A stretch of 64,000 nt of DNA from Gammaproteobacteria bacterium (lineage in GTDB: Bacteria; Pseudomonadota; Gammaproteobacteria; JABCZS01). The DNA lies in contig JABDAR010000001.1 in NCBI GenBank assembly GCA_013289085.1, positions 115,864 to 179,863 on the forward strand, given 5' to 3'. The notes beneath the pieces are model-generated. The model saw only the letters and a program-made list of their open reading frames with translations, was not told the DNA's origin and searched no databases. A program made the translations under genes and the position numbers. This document shows, piece after piece, positions 28,060 through 37,029 of this stretch (position 1 is its first letter; each line of letters opens with the position of its first letter).

Positions 28060-29670
28060 ATGTCTCAAACACTACGCATCATCATCGCGCAACTGAATTT
28101 CCTGGTCGGAGATGTGCTGGGTAATGCCCGGAAAATGATTGTGAATATTCACAAAGCCCGTGATGAATTAAAAGGTGATGTGATTGTTTTTCCTGAGTTG
28201 GCGCTGACCGGTTATTCTCCAGAAGATTTATTATTACGTCCCGGTATGGATAAGCGTATTCGTGAGGCTTTAGTATTGCTTGCCGAAGAAAGTGTAGGAG
28301 TCGATGTGATTGTGGGACATCCTGATCATACCGAATTGGGGCGATTTAATGCGGCGAGTTTATTGCGCAATGGAAAAGTTATTAACACTTATCATAAACG
28401 TTATTTGCCGAATGCCGAAGTGTTTGATGAAAAGCGTTATTTTATTCCCGGTAGTGAAACGAAATTAATTCATATTAAAAATATCCCCATTGCTTTGATG
28501 ATTTGTGAAGATATTTGGCAGCCACAAATGGGCTTGCAGGCAAAAATGATGGGCGCGCAGGGGATTATTGCATTGAATGCTTCGCCTTTTCATATTGAAA
28601 AAGTGCGACAAAGACGTGAAATTGTTACTGAACAAGCAAAGAGAAATGGCCTGCCTATTGTATACGTTAATCTTATTGGCGGGCAAGATGAATTGGTATT
28701 TGATGGTGGATCATTTGTTGTCAATGCAAAGGGCGATATTGCTTTGCAAGCGCCTTTTTTTGAAGAAAGTTTAATGGCCATTGAATTGAATCCTGATCAT
28801 AAAACTGTGCCTGAATTACCGAGTATTGAATCTAGAATTTATAATGCCTTAGTATTAGGGCTGCGTGATTATATTGAAAAAAATCATTTTAAATCAGCCA
28901 TCATTGGTTTATCAGGGGGTATTGATTCTGCATTAACTGCGGCCATTGCTGTCGATGCCATAGGAGCCGATCGCGTATTTGGGGTATTAATGCCATCGCG
29001 GTATACGCGCGATATCAGTAATATCGATGCGCGCGCGCAGTGTGAGTTATTAAATATAAAGTATCAAGAAATTTCTATTGAACCTGTGTTTAACGCTTTT
29101 TTAAATGTATTACATGAGCCTTTTCAAGGAAAATCCATTGATAGCACTGAAGAAAATTTACAAGCACGTTGTCGCGGGATGATTTTAATGGCTTTATCTA
29201 ATAAATTTGGTCATATCGTATTAGCCACTGGTAATAAAAGTGAAATGGCAGTAGGGTATTCTACTTTATACGGTGATTTGGTCGGTGGATTTTGTGTGTT
29301 AAAAGATATTTGGAAAACGCTGGTGTATCGCTTGGCACATTATCGTAATGAAATAAGTCAGGTGATTCCTGAGAGAATATTTACCCGTGCGCCTTCTGCA
29401 GAATTGGCAGCCGATCAGTTGGACCAAGACAGTCTGCCAGATTATGCAATATTAGATCAGATCTTAAGTTTTTATATTGAGCATGATGAAGATAAGGAAA
29501 ACATTATCGCCCGCGGGTTTGATCCAAGCGTGGTTTCAAAAGTCATTCAAATGGTAAACCGGAATGAATATAAGCGCCGTCAAGCACCGATTGGCATTTG
29601 TATTACTACGCGTGCTTTTGGACGCGATAGACGCTATCCGATTACTTCTGGCTATGAAAATGGCACTTAA
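28060..29670 (+). CDS. nadE: Glutamine-dependent NAD+ synthetase
   Basis: N-terminal nitrilase domain fused to a C-terminal NAD-synthetase domain with PP-loop SGGIDS. Confidence 0.9.
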   Translation: MSQTLRIIIAQLNFLVGDVLGNARKMIVNIHKARDELKGDVIVFPELALTGYSPEDLLLRPGMDKRIREALVLLAEESVGVDVIVGHPDHTELGRFNAASLLRNGKVINTYHKRYLPNAEVFDEKRYFIPGSETKLIHIKNIPIALMICEDIWQPQMGLQAKMMGAQGIIALNASPFHIEKVRQRREIVTEQAKRNGLPIVYVNLIGGQDELVFDGGSFVVNAKGDIALQAPFFEESLMAIELNPDHKTVPELPSIESRIYNALVLGLRDYIEKNHFKSAIIGLSGGIDSALTAAIAVDAIGADRVFGVLMPSRYTRDISNIDARAQCELLNIKYQEISIEPVFNAFLNVLHEPFQGKSIDSTEENLQARCRGMILMALSNKFGHIVLATGNKSEMAVGYSTLYGDLVGGFCVLKDIWKTLVYRLAHYRNEISQVIPERIFTRAPSAELAADQLDQDSLPDYAILDQILSFYIEHDEDKENIIARGFDPSVVSKVIQMVNRNEYKRRQAPIGICITTRAFGRDRRYPITSGYENGT

Positions 29671-29692
29671 GTCCAGGCTGTAAAAGGCCGAT

Positions 29693-30139
29693 ATGTTGTG
29701 TATGATGAATAATACACAACTACAATCTGCGCGCGAAATCGTAATTAATGCTACTTTGGTCACCCAAGGTCCTGAAGCGATATTTTATGAATTTATTTTA
29801 GATGGCGATTTAGAAGTAAGTGAATGTGGTTACTTAGAATCCTTGTCTCAAGGCAAAGTAAAACCTATTTATGAGCCTATTAAATCATTATTTGGATCTT
29901 TATTTGAACTCAATCATGTGCGGGTTAATCCTAATTTAGACAATACTTATATTTTGTCGCAATTGTCCGCGGCGTTAACCGCTTCAGGTGTTCGCATTAA
30001 AAATGCAAAGCCTGGAGATTATATGAGTGTTTGTTTTAAACCACTCGGGGAATTAAGTGATGTAGTGCGATTTTATATCGCCCAAGATTCGCGTTTAGTA
30101 TTTTTATGTCCGTCTGTGACTTTACAACGCGTGAAATAG
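29693..30139 (+). CDS. Hypothetical protein
   Basis: 148 aa. RBS AAAGG upstream. No family recognised. Immediately followed by a MITE-like element. Confidence 0.45.
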   Translation: MLCMMNNTQLQSAREIVINATLVTQGPEAIFYEFILDGDLEVSECGYLESLSQGKVKPIYEPIKSLFGSLFELNHVRVNPNLDNTYILSQLSAALTASGVRIKNAKPGDYMSVCFKPLGELSDVVRFYIAQDSRLVFLCPSVTLQRVK

Positions 30140-30145
30140 GGTAAT

Positions 30146-30267
30146 CTCGCCCCCTTTATGAAAGGGGGCAGCGCTTTGCGCGGGGGATTTTGCAAGCTTT
30201 AATGTGATGTAAAGATCGCAAAATCCCCCCGGCCTACGGCCGGCCCCCTTTCATAAAGGGGGCGAGA
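30146..30267. mobile_element. MITE-like nested-palindrome element, family A, copy 1
   Basis: Terminal inverted hairpins ctcgccccctttatgaaagggggc / gccccctttcataaagggggcgag and an inner ggggattttgc...gcaaaatcccc inverted repeat. Located between convergent stop codons. Confidence 0.6.
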
Positions 30268-30269
30268 AT

Positions 30270-31835
30270 TTAGCGTTTGTTGGTATAAGTGAAAGTGCTT
30301 TTATACTCTACTTTTTCTTGTTTTTCTGGCGCTAATGGATATTGTATTTTTACTTTATCACGTAACAACTGTTGGCGTTGCTTAACAAAATATTCAAAAT
30401 CGGTTTTATCTTTACCATCATGTTGCTCATTAATATGCATTTGATTAAATTCAGTTTGTTGTTTTTGGCTGGTCATTACATTTTTTGCGGAATAGGCATG
30501 ATAATGTGCTGAACCAAATAAAGCGCCGACCATTAATCCTTGGGTGTTTAAAGCATGGACAGTGTGCTGTACATTTTGTTGATGTTTAATGGCATCCGGT
30601 GAGTGATCAACCGGTGCCTGCGTAGGTTTTGCATGATCGTGTAAAGTTTTATGAAATAATTCCTGATTGGGAGTTGCAACAGGTGTTGTCACAGACGTTG
30701 CGCGGACCGGATTTGATTTCATTAAATAAGTTTGCAGCGCTTTATCACTTGGCGTTAATACTGTAAGTCCAAGCATCAAGCCATTTTTGTAAAGATTAAA
30801 CCAATTTTTAAACTGCGCCGGTGCATTTTCCATCATAAATGCCAGGGATGCCGGCGATAATAAATATTGACGCTCGTTAAATAGTGCGGTTTCACCGACA
30901 AGAGCTTGTTGTTCATCTACATAATCAAAAAATTCCAGGGCTAATTCATTGGTGGCGTCTTTCTCGCCATGTAGCGGTGGTAATAATTTTAATAATTCTT
31001 GCTCGCTGAGTTTGGTCAGGCGCAGCAAATCTTGTAAAGATTCGGCGCGGTATAAATTTTCTAAAAGTTCTTCTTGTTTAGCGAGCTCATAAAGTATTTT
31101 TTCGCTTAAGGCCACAAAACTATGACTGACGCCGCCCGAACTTTCACCTTCTACAATACCTAACCACGCTTTTAAAGCTTCAGGATGTTGGGCAATCCAG
31201 GAAAAACCCTCCGCAGGCATCAGTTGTCTTGCAAGTAACTGGTGAATACTTTGCAGCGGCGGAATGCCTTTATCGGTTATTTCGCGTAATTTATAGTAAT
31301 TTCCCTGAGCGTTCATGCTCCCTTCAAAAGGCAGCCAATCTTTAACATGTGCGCCTTGCTCAGTGCATAAACTGACTTGATAATGGGAAAAAATTAAGCC
31401 GATACGGCGCAAAAGTGCGCTGCTAAAAGTGACATAATGCCATATGGCTTCCTGTTCAGTAACAATAGGGCGTAATGATTCACCCACCAATAAAAATTGT
31501 TCACGCATTTTTAAAGTGGTTTTGGCTAAACGTAAATGATGATCAAGCCAGGTAATCATTGGATGTTCAAACGATTCTAATTGTTGAACAAATTCTACAA
31601 AATTATGAATTAAAGGTTCATAAAAAGTTTGATAACCTTTGCTGGATGCAGCGCAGACATCTTGAATTTCTTGAATGAGGGCAACACGTTCCGGCAGCTC
31701 CAGCAATTGGCTGGCAGTTTGCACGGCACGAATGCGTTGATCGCGTTTTGGGGAGGCCGCAATTTTTTGTTGCTGAATTATTCTGGAATATTGCATAGTG
31801 GCTACATTATAAGCCAGAGTGGTATTAGAGAGCAA
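30270..31835 (-). CDS. Hypothetical protein (521 aa)
   Basis: Continuous ORF with a K/E-rich C-terminal tail. No domain recognised. Lies 18 bp downstream of bamD. Confidence 0.5.
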   Translation of the reverse strand: MLSNTTLAYNVATMQYSRIIQQQKIAASPKRDQRIRAVQTASQLLELPERVALIQEIQDVCAASSKGYQTFYEPLIHNFVEFVQQLESFEHPMITWLDHHLRLAKTTLKMREQFLLVGESLRPIVTEQEAIWHYVTFSSALLRRIGLIFSHYQVSLCTEQGAHVKDWLPFEGSMNAQGNYYKLREITDKGIPPLQSIHQLLARQLMPAEGFSWIAQHPEALKAWLGIVEGESSGGVSHSFVALSEKILYELAKQEELLENLYRAESLQDLLRLTKLSEQELLKLLPPLHGEKDATNELALEFFDYVDEQQALVGETALFNERQYLLSPASLAFMMENAPAQFKNWFNLYKNGLMLGLTVLTPSDKALQTYLMKSNPVRATSVTTPVATPNQELFHKTLHDHAKPTQAPVDHSPDAIKHQQNVQHTVHALNTQGLMVGALFGSAHYHAYSAKNVMTSQKQQTEFNQMHINEQHDGKDKTDFEYFVKQRQQLLRDKVKIQYPLAPEKQEKVEYKSTFTYTNKR

Positions 31836-31853
31836 CTTACATTAGTTATTAAA

Positions 31854-32660
31854 CTAGATTTTAAAAGGTAAGATCGGTAATGAATCACCAGACTCATCGT
31901 CTTCTTCTAAGGCTTCACGCGCGCGCTCAGGATCATTGAGCTCAAGTACTTTATAGCTTTTCTCAGCAAGGTCAGTGAGGCCCAAACCGTTATAGGCTCT
32001 GACCATAATGGCGAGGGCATCTACATGTTGGGGTGTTTGTGGAAAGTCTTTTAAGACCACATGTGCCCGTAAAGCTGCAGCAAGATAAGCTTTACGGCCC
32101 ATATAATATTCGGCGACATTAATTTCATATTGGGCCAAATTGTTCCGTAAAGCGATTAAACGTTGCCTTGCATCGGGTGCATAACGACTATTGGGGAAAC
32201 GATTTAACATTTCCATGTAATAAGTGTAAGCAGCTTGCCAATTAGAAGGATCTCGCAAGGTCAGATCTATCGGTAAAACCCTTGAAGTGGTGCTGATACT
32301 TTCATTAGATTTAATCATACCCCGCATATAATAGGCGTAATCGACATGGGGATGCCGGGGATGTAGACGAATAAAACGATCAGCTGCAGATAAAGCCGCA
32401 GGTAATTGATCAGCGCGAAAATTAGCATAAATAAGTGATAATTGTGCTTGTTCAGTGTAATCACCAAACGGATATTGATTTTCTAGACTTTGATAACCGG
32501 CAATGGCTTGCTCATATTTGTTATCCATTAAATTGTCTTCTGCTTGGACAAAAATAGCGGGCGCTGACCAATCTTGATAGGGGTCGACTTTAGCGCTAGG
32601 TGAACAGCCTTGTAAAAATGCGATTAAAGCAAAAAATATGGTAATATAAATCTTCTTCAT
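31854..32660 (-). CDS. bamD: Outer-membrane protein assembly factor BamD
   Basis: Lipoprotein signal (LIAFLQGC) and TPR repeats. Divergent from rluD. Start taken at the MKKIYIT methionine. Confidence 0.8.
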   Translation of the reverse strand: MKKIYITIFFALIAFLQGCSPSAKVDPYQDWSAPAIFVQAEDNLMDNKYEQAIAGYQSLENQYPFGDYTEQAQLSLIYANFRADQLPAALSAADRFIRLHPRHPHVDYAYYMRGMIKSNESISTTSRVLPIDLTLRDPSNWQAAYTYYMEMLNRFPNSRYAPDARQRLIALRNNLAQYEINVAEYYMGRKAYLAAALRAHVVLKDFPQTPQHVDALAIMVRAYNGLGLTDLAEKSYKVLELNDPERAREALEEDDESGDSLPILPFKI

Positions 32661-32675
32661 AACGCGCAGTTTATC

Positions 32676-33629
32676 ATGAAAGATGTTCATCTCCAAGATA
32701 TCATTCCCGAAACCCTTCAAGGCATGCGCTTGGATCAAGCTTTGGCGAGCGTATTTCCAGATTATTCACGCGCGCGTATTAAAACTTGGATTATTAATCA
32801 GCAAGTGCAAGTCAATGGTAAAACGCTAACGCCTACTGATAAAGTTTGCGGGGGCGAAGAAATTATCATTAATGCGACAGTACCAGAAGCCGTAGTATGG
32901 TCGGGACAAGATCTTGCTTTAGATATAGTATATGCAGATGATGATTTAATTGTGATTAATAAACCTGCAGGTTTGGTGGTGCATCCGGCTGCAGGACATC
33001 AAGCCGGGACTTTAGTGAATGCCATATTGCATCAATTTCCTGAATGTGCGCATTTACCGCGCGGCGGAATTGTGCATCGTTTAGATAAAGATACTAGTGG
33101 TTTAATGATGGTGGCGCGCAGTTTGCCTGCACATACGGCATTAGTAAAAGCGTTTGCGAAACATGATATTGAAAGAAAATATTTAGCGGTTGTAAAAGGT
33201 GAGATGACAGGTGGTGGTAAAGTAGATGCGCCCATTGGCAGACATTCAGGAAATCGGATACGTATGGCGGTGGTTAATAATGGCAAACCTGCCGTCACTC
33301 ATTATCGTATTAAACAGCGTTTGCTAGGACATACCTTGATTACTTGTCAATTAGAAACAGGGCGTACGCATCAAATTCGTGTCCATATGGCTTATATTGG
33401 TTATCCTTTAGTGGGAGATCCTTTATATGCAGGTCGTGCACGGTTTCCAAAAAATCTTACCGAAGCTGCGAGAGCTTATATTAATCATTTTAAACGCCAG
33501 GCTTTGCATTCGTGTGAATTATCTTTGACACATCCTATAACCCATGAAGCATTAACATTTACCGCGCCTATGCCAGAAGATATGCAGGGTTTGGTGAGGT
33601 TATTGAGCAAGGACGTGCCTAAAGTTTAG
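32676..33629 (+). CDS. rluD: 23S rRNA pseudouridine synthase RluD
   Basis: S4 domain plus RluA-family catalytic motif HRLDKDTSGL. Confidence 0.85.
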   Translation: MKDVHLQDIIPETLQGMRLDQALASVFPDYSRARIKTWIINQQVQVNGKTLTPTDKVCGGEEIIINATVPEAVVWSGQDLALDIVYADDDLIVINKPAGLVVHPAAGHQAGTLVNAILHQFPECAHLPRGGIVHRLDKDTSGLMMVARSLPAHTALVKAFAKHDIERKYLAVVKGEMTGGGKVDAPIGRHSGNRIRMAVVNNGKPAVTHYRIKQRLLGHTLITCQLETGRTHQIRVHMAYIGYPLVGDPLYAGRARFPKNLTEAARAYINHFKRQALHSCELSLTHPITHEALTFTAPMPEDMQGLVRLLSKDVPKV

Positions 33630-33630
33630 G

Positions 33631-33826
33631 TTTTTCCCCTCACCCTTTCCCTCTCCCACACTAGATCTCATAACTTCGTCGAATTATTGCAACATGGGAG
33701 AGGGGACTAATAACATAAATTTGTTTTTACTATTGAGAATTACGAGAGAGTCCCCTCTCCCACGTTGCAATGTTTCTACAAAGACCAATAAATAGTGTGG
33801 GAGAGGGAAAGGGTGAGGGGAAAAAC
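33631..33826. mobile_element. MITE-like element, family B (32-bp perfect terminal inverted repeats), copy 1
   Basis: Terminal inverted repeat gtttttcccctcaccctttccctctcccacac with its reverse complement at the other end. Inner inverted repeat ttgcaacatgggagaggggac...gtcccctctcccacgttgcaa. Starts 2 bp after the rluD stop. Confidence 0.65.
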
Positions 33827-33828
33827 AG

Positions 33829-34989
33829 TCAAGCAGACAAAACATTTAACAAAACATCAACAATAACATCTACATCTTGTTTATTAATAATTAAAGGTGG
33901 CGCAAGTCTAATTACTTTTTCTGCAGTGGTGCTTACGAGTAAACCTTGCTCTGCAAATTTCATTAATAAATGTCGGCAGGGTGCATCCATTTCAATACCG
34001 ATTAATAATCCTTGGCCGCGAACGTCGATGACTTGTGGAATATCTTTTAAAGCAGTTTTAAGTTTTTGTTGTAAATAAGGTCCGACTTCATTCACATTGT
34101 CTAAAATATTTTCATGTTGTAAAACATCAATAGTTGCAAGGGCCGCACTGCAGGCAAGTGGATTGCCACCAAAAGTAGAACCATGATTGCCGATATGAAA
34201 AATATCTTTTGCTTTTCCTGCCGATAAACAAGCGCCAATTGGAAAACCATTACCTAAACTTTTCGCAAGCGCCATGACATCTGGAATAATATTAGCATGT
34301 TGAAATGCAAATAATTTTCCCGTGCGACCCATCCCGGTTTGTACTTCATCGACCATCATGAGCCATTCATGGTCATCACAAAGTTGTCTTATTTGTGCTA
34401 AATAATGCGGATCGGGCACGCGAATACCGCTTTCGCCTTGTACAGGTTCTACTAAAATCGCGACGACTTCAGGATGATGTTCAGCAATTTTGCGCAAGGC
34501 TTCAATATCATTAAAAGGTGCGCGTAAAAATCCAGTGACTAACGGTTCAAAACCCGCTTGCGCTTTGCGTGAACCACCGGCTGCAAGCGTTGCTAAAGTG
34601 CGGCCATGAAATGCATTTTCCATGACAATAATACTGGGATTTTTTACGTCGCGTTGATGACCATAAAGTCTTGCCAATTTAATTGCACATTCATTGGCTT
34701 CCGCGCCGCTATTGCAAAAAAATGCTTTATCCATTTGGGCAAGATGCGTGAGTTCTGCGGCCAGTTTTTCTACTAAAGTATTGCCCAGCATATTAGAGCA
34801 ATGTATTAATTGTTCAGCTTGTTGCTTGATTGCTTTTACGATTTTAGGATGGCAATGACCGAGATTACAAACCGCAATGCCGGCAAAGGCATCTAAATAT
34901 TTTTTATCATGGGTGTCATAAAGCCATTGGCCTTCACCTTTTTTAATGATAATAGGTAAGGTTTGGTAGGTTGACATTAACGCAGACAT
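33829..34989 (-). CDS. argD: Class-III aminotransferase (acetylornithine/succinylornithine aminotransferase-like)
   Basis: PLP-binding Lys context (DEVQTGMGRTGK) and ArgD-like N-terminus. 386 aa. Confidence 0.7.
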   Translation of the reverse strand: MSALMSTYQTLPIIIKKGEGQWLYDTHDKKYLDAFAGIAVCNLGHCHPKIVKAIKQQAEQLIHCSNMLGNTLVEKLAAELTHLAQMDKAFFCNSGAEANECAIKLARLYGHQRDVKNPSIIVMENAFHGRTLATLAAGGSRKAQAGFEPLVTGFLRAPFNDIEALRKIAEHHPEVVAILVEPVQGESGIRVPDPHYLAQIRQLCDDHEWLMMVDEVQTGMGRTGKLFAFQHANIIPDVMALAKSLGNGFPIGACLSAGKAKDIFHIGNHGSTFGGNPLACSAALATIDVLQHENILDNVNEVGPYLQQKLKTALKDIPQVIDVRGQGLLIGIEMDAPCRHLLMKFAEQGLLVSTTAEKVIRLAPPLIINKQDVDVIVDVLLNVLSA

Positions 34990-35000
34990 GGGCGATTTCC

Positions 35001-35303
35001 TTATTGCACAATCTTCTGCAATTCCCCTTGCTCAAACAAATTCTGCATAATATCGCAGCCGCCAATCAGTTCCCCAGCAACATATAACTGCGGGAAAGTA
35101 GGCCAATTGGCATATTGAGGTAGCGTTTGGCGAATATCGGAATGTTCCAAAATATTCACATGCGCAAATTCAACATCACAGGCATTTAGCATTTGCACCG
35201 CACGGCTAGAAAAGCCGCATTGCGGAAAATCGGGGGTGCCTTTCATATATAATATGATTCTATTATCGGCGATTTGTTGCTTGATAGTGTCTAGTGTATT
35301 CAT
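35001..35303 (-). CDS. grxD: Monothiol glutaredoxin Grx4
   Basis: CGFS active site. Start taken at the MNTLDT methionine. Confidence 0.8.
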   Translation of the reverse strand: MNTLDTIKQQIADNRIILYMKGTPDFPQCGFSSRAVQMLNACDVEFAHVNILEHSDIRQTLPQYANWPTFPQLYVAGELIGGCDIMQNLFEQGELQKIVQ

Positions 35304-35350
35304 TATGCTATCATAACCCAGTTCAGCAAAAAAACACAAGGAGCTAAGTC

Positions 35351-35926
35351 ATGAGTTTTACGTTACCACCGTTACCCTATGCGCAAGATGCTTTGCAACC
35401 CCATATTTCCGCAGAAACTTTGCAGTACCATTATGGCAAACATCATCAAGCCTATGTGAATAATTTAAATACCTTAATTCCTAATACCGAATATGCCGAT
35501 ATGTCGCTTGAAGACATCATTGAAAAATCATCCGGCGGTATTTTCAATAATGCGGCGCAAGTCTGGAATCATACCTTTTATTGGCATTGTTTGAGTCCTA
35601 AGGGTGGTGGCGAACCTAGCGGCAAAGTGCTGGATGCGATTAACGGCGCCTTTGGATCTTTTGCCGCATTTAAAGAAGCATTTACTAAATGTTCAGTCGG
35701 TACCTTTGGTTCAGGCTGGGGATGGCTTGTTAAAAATGCTGAAGGGAAATTAGAAATTATCAGCACTTCTAATGCTGGTACACCCATGACTGAACAAAAA
35801 ACAGCGCTGCTGACATGTGATGTCTGGGAACACGCTTATTATATTGATTACCGTAATGCGCGCCCTGAATATTTAGGCGCATTTTGGAATGTAGTGAACT
35901 GGGATTTTGTAGCAGAAAATTTATGA
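35351..35926 (+). CDS. sodB: Fe superoxide dismutase
   Basis: Fe/Mn SOD metal ligands ([14 protein letters not shown]). Fe-type residues. Confidence 0.9.
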   Translation: MSFTLPPLPYAQDALQPHISAETLQYHYGKHHQAYVNNLNTLIPNTEYADMSLEDIIEKSSGGIFNNAAQVWNHTFYWHCLSPKGGGEPSGKVLDAINGAFGSFAAFKEAFTKCSVGTFGSGWGWLVKNAEGKLEIISTSNAGTPMTEQKTALLTCDVWEHAYYIDYRNARPEYLGAFWNVVNWDFVAENL

Positions 35927-37021
35927 TAGAAAGTAATGCGCTGGTTGAACAATTAAAAGAAATGAGCGAGCGGGCAAGCGCGCTTAAGAGGTATCTTTGA
36001 CTTTGATCAAAAACTAGCGCGTTTGCAAGAAATTAAATTAGCTTTAGAAGATCCAACCATTTGGCAAGATCCAAAAATTGCTGAAACCCTCGGGCGGGAA
36101 CGATCGCTATTAGAGCGCACCGTTTCAGCCCTTGCGGCCCTTTTACATGATTTAGAACAAACGCAAGAATTATTAACGCTTGCGATTGATGAGCAAGATG
36201 AAGATACTTTTGTTGAAGCACAAAATGACACCCAAAATTTATTAAAACAATTAGAAACGCTAGAATTTCAACGCATGTTTTCAGGCAGTCAAGATGCGAA
36301 TAATGCCTATGTTGAAATCCATTCCGGCAGCGGTGGCACCGAAGCTCAAGATTGGGCCGAAATGTTATTGCGGATGTATTTACGTTTTTGCGAACGCCAA
36401 GGTTTTAAAACCGAATTAATGGAAGCATCAAGTGGTGAAGTCGCCGGTATCAAAAGCGCAACAATCTATGTGCAAGGCGATTATGCCTTTGGTTGGTTAC
36501 GCACCGAAACCGGTGTGCACAGATTAGTACGCAAATCTCCATTTGATTCCGGCAATCGCAGACACACATCATTTGCTTCAGTATTCGTATCCCCAGAAAT
36601 TTCCGATGATATTATTGTCGATATTAATCCTGCAGATTTACGCATAGATACTTATCGCGCGAGTGGCGCCGGCGGCCAACATGTTAATCGTACCGATTCT
36701 GCAGTACGGATTACTCATGAACCCACAGGCATAGTTGTACAATGTCAAAATGATCGCTCGCAACATAAAAATAAAGCCCAAGCGATGAAACAATTAAAAG
36801 CAAAATTATATGAATTCGAAGAACAAAAACGCAGAGCCACTCAACAAGCGCTAGAAGATACTAAAACTGATATCGGCTGGGGACATCAAATAAGATCTTA
36901 TGTATTAGATGCTTCTCGTATTAAAGATTTACGCACCGGTGTGGAAATAGGTAATACTCAATCGGTATTAGATGGCGATTTGCTGGAATTTATTGAGGCG
37001 AGTTTGAAGGAAGGGTGTTAA
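35923..37021 (+). CDS. prfB: Peptide chain release factor 2 (requires +1 programmed frameshift)
   Basis: Frame 0 runs from ATG 35923 to the in-frame TGA at 35998. The CTT TGA C shifty site is preceded by the SD-like AGAGG. The +1 frame continues to 37021 and contains SPF and GGQ motifs. Confidence 0.9.
35995..36001 (+). other. prfB: RF2 programmed +1 frameshift site CTT-TGA-C
   Basis: Canonical autoregulatory motif seen directly in the sequence. Confidence 0.85.
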
Positions 37022-37029
37022 TGCTTGCT

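Noticed and set aside
33770-34078. 102-aa ORF beginning MFLQRPINSVGEGKGEGK.
   Set aside because: Its N-terminus is translated from the GGGAGAGGGAAAGGGTGAGGGG terminal inverted repeat of the family B MITE, and its body is antisense to the argD-like gene. It is an artefact of the repeat.
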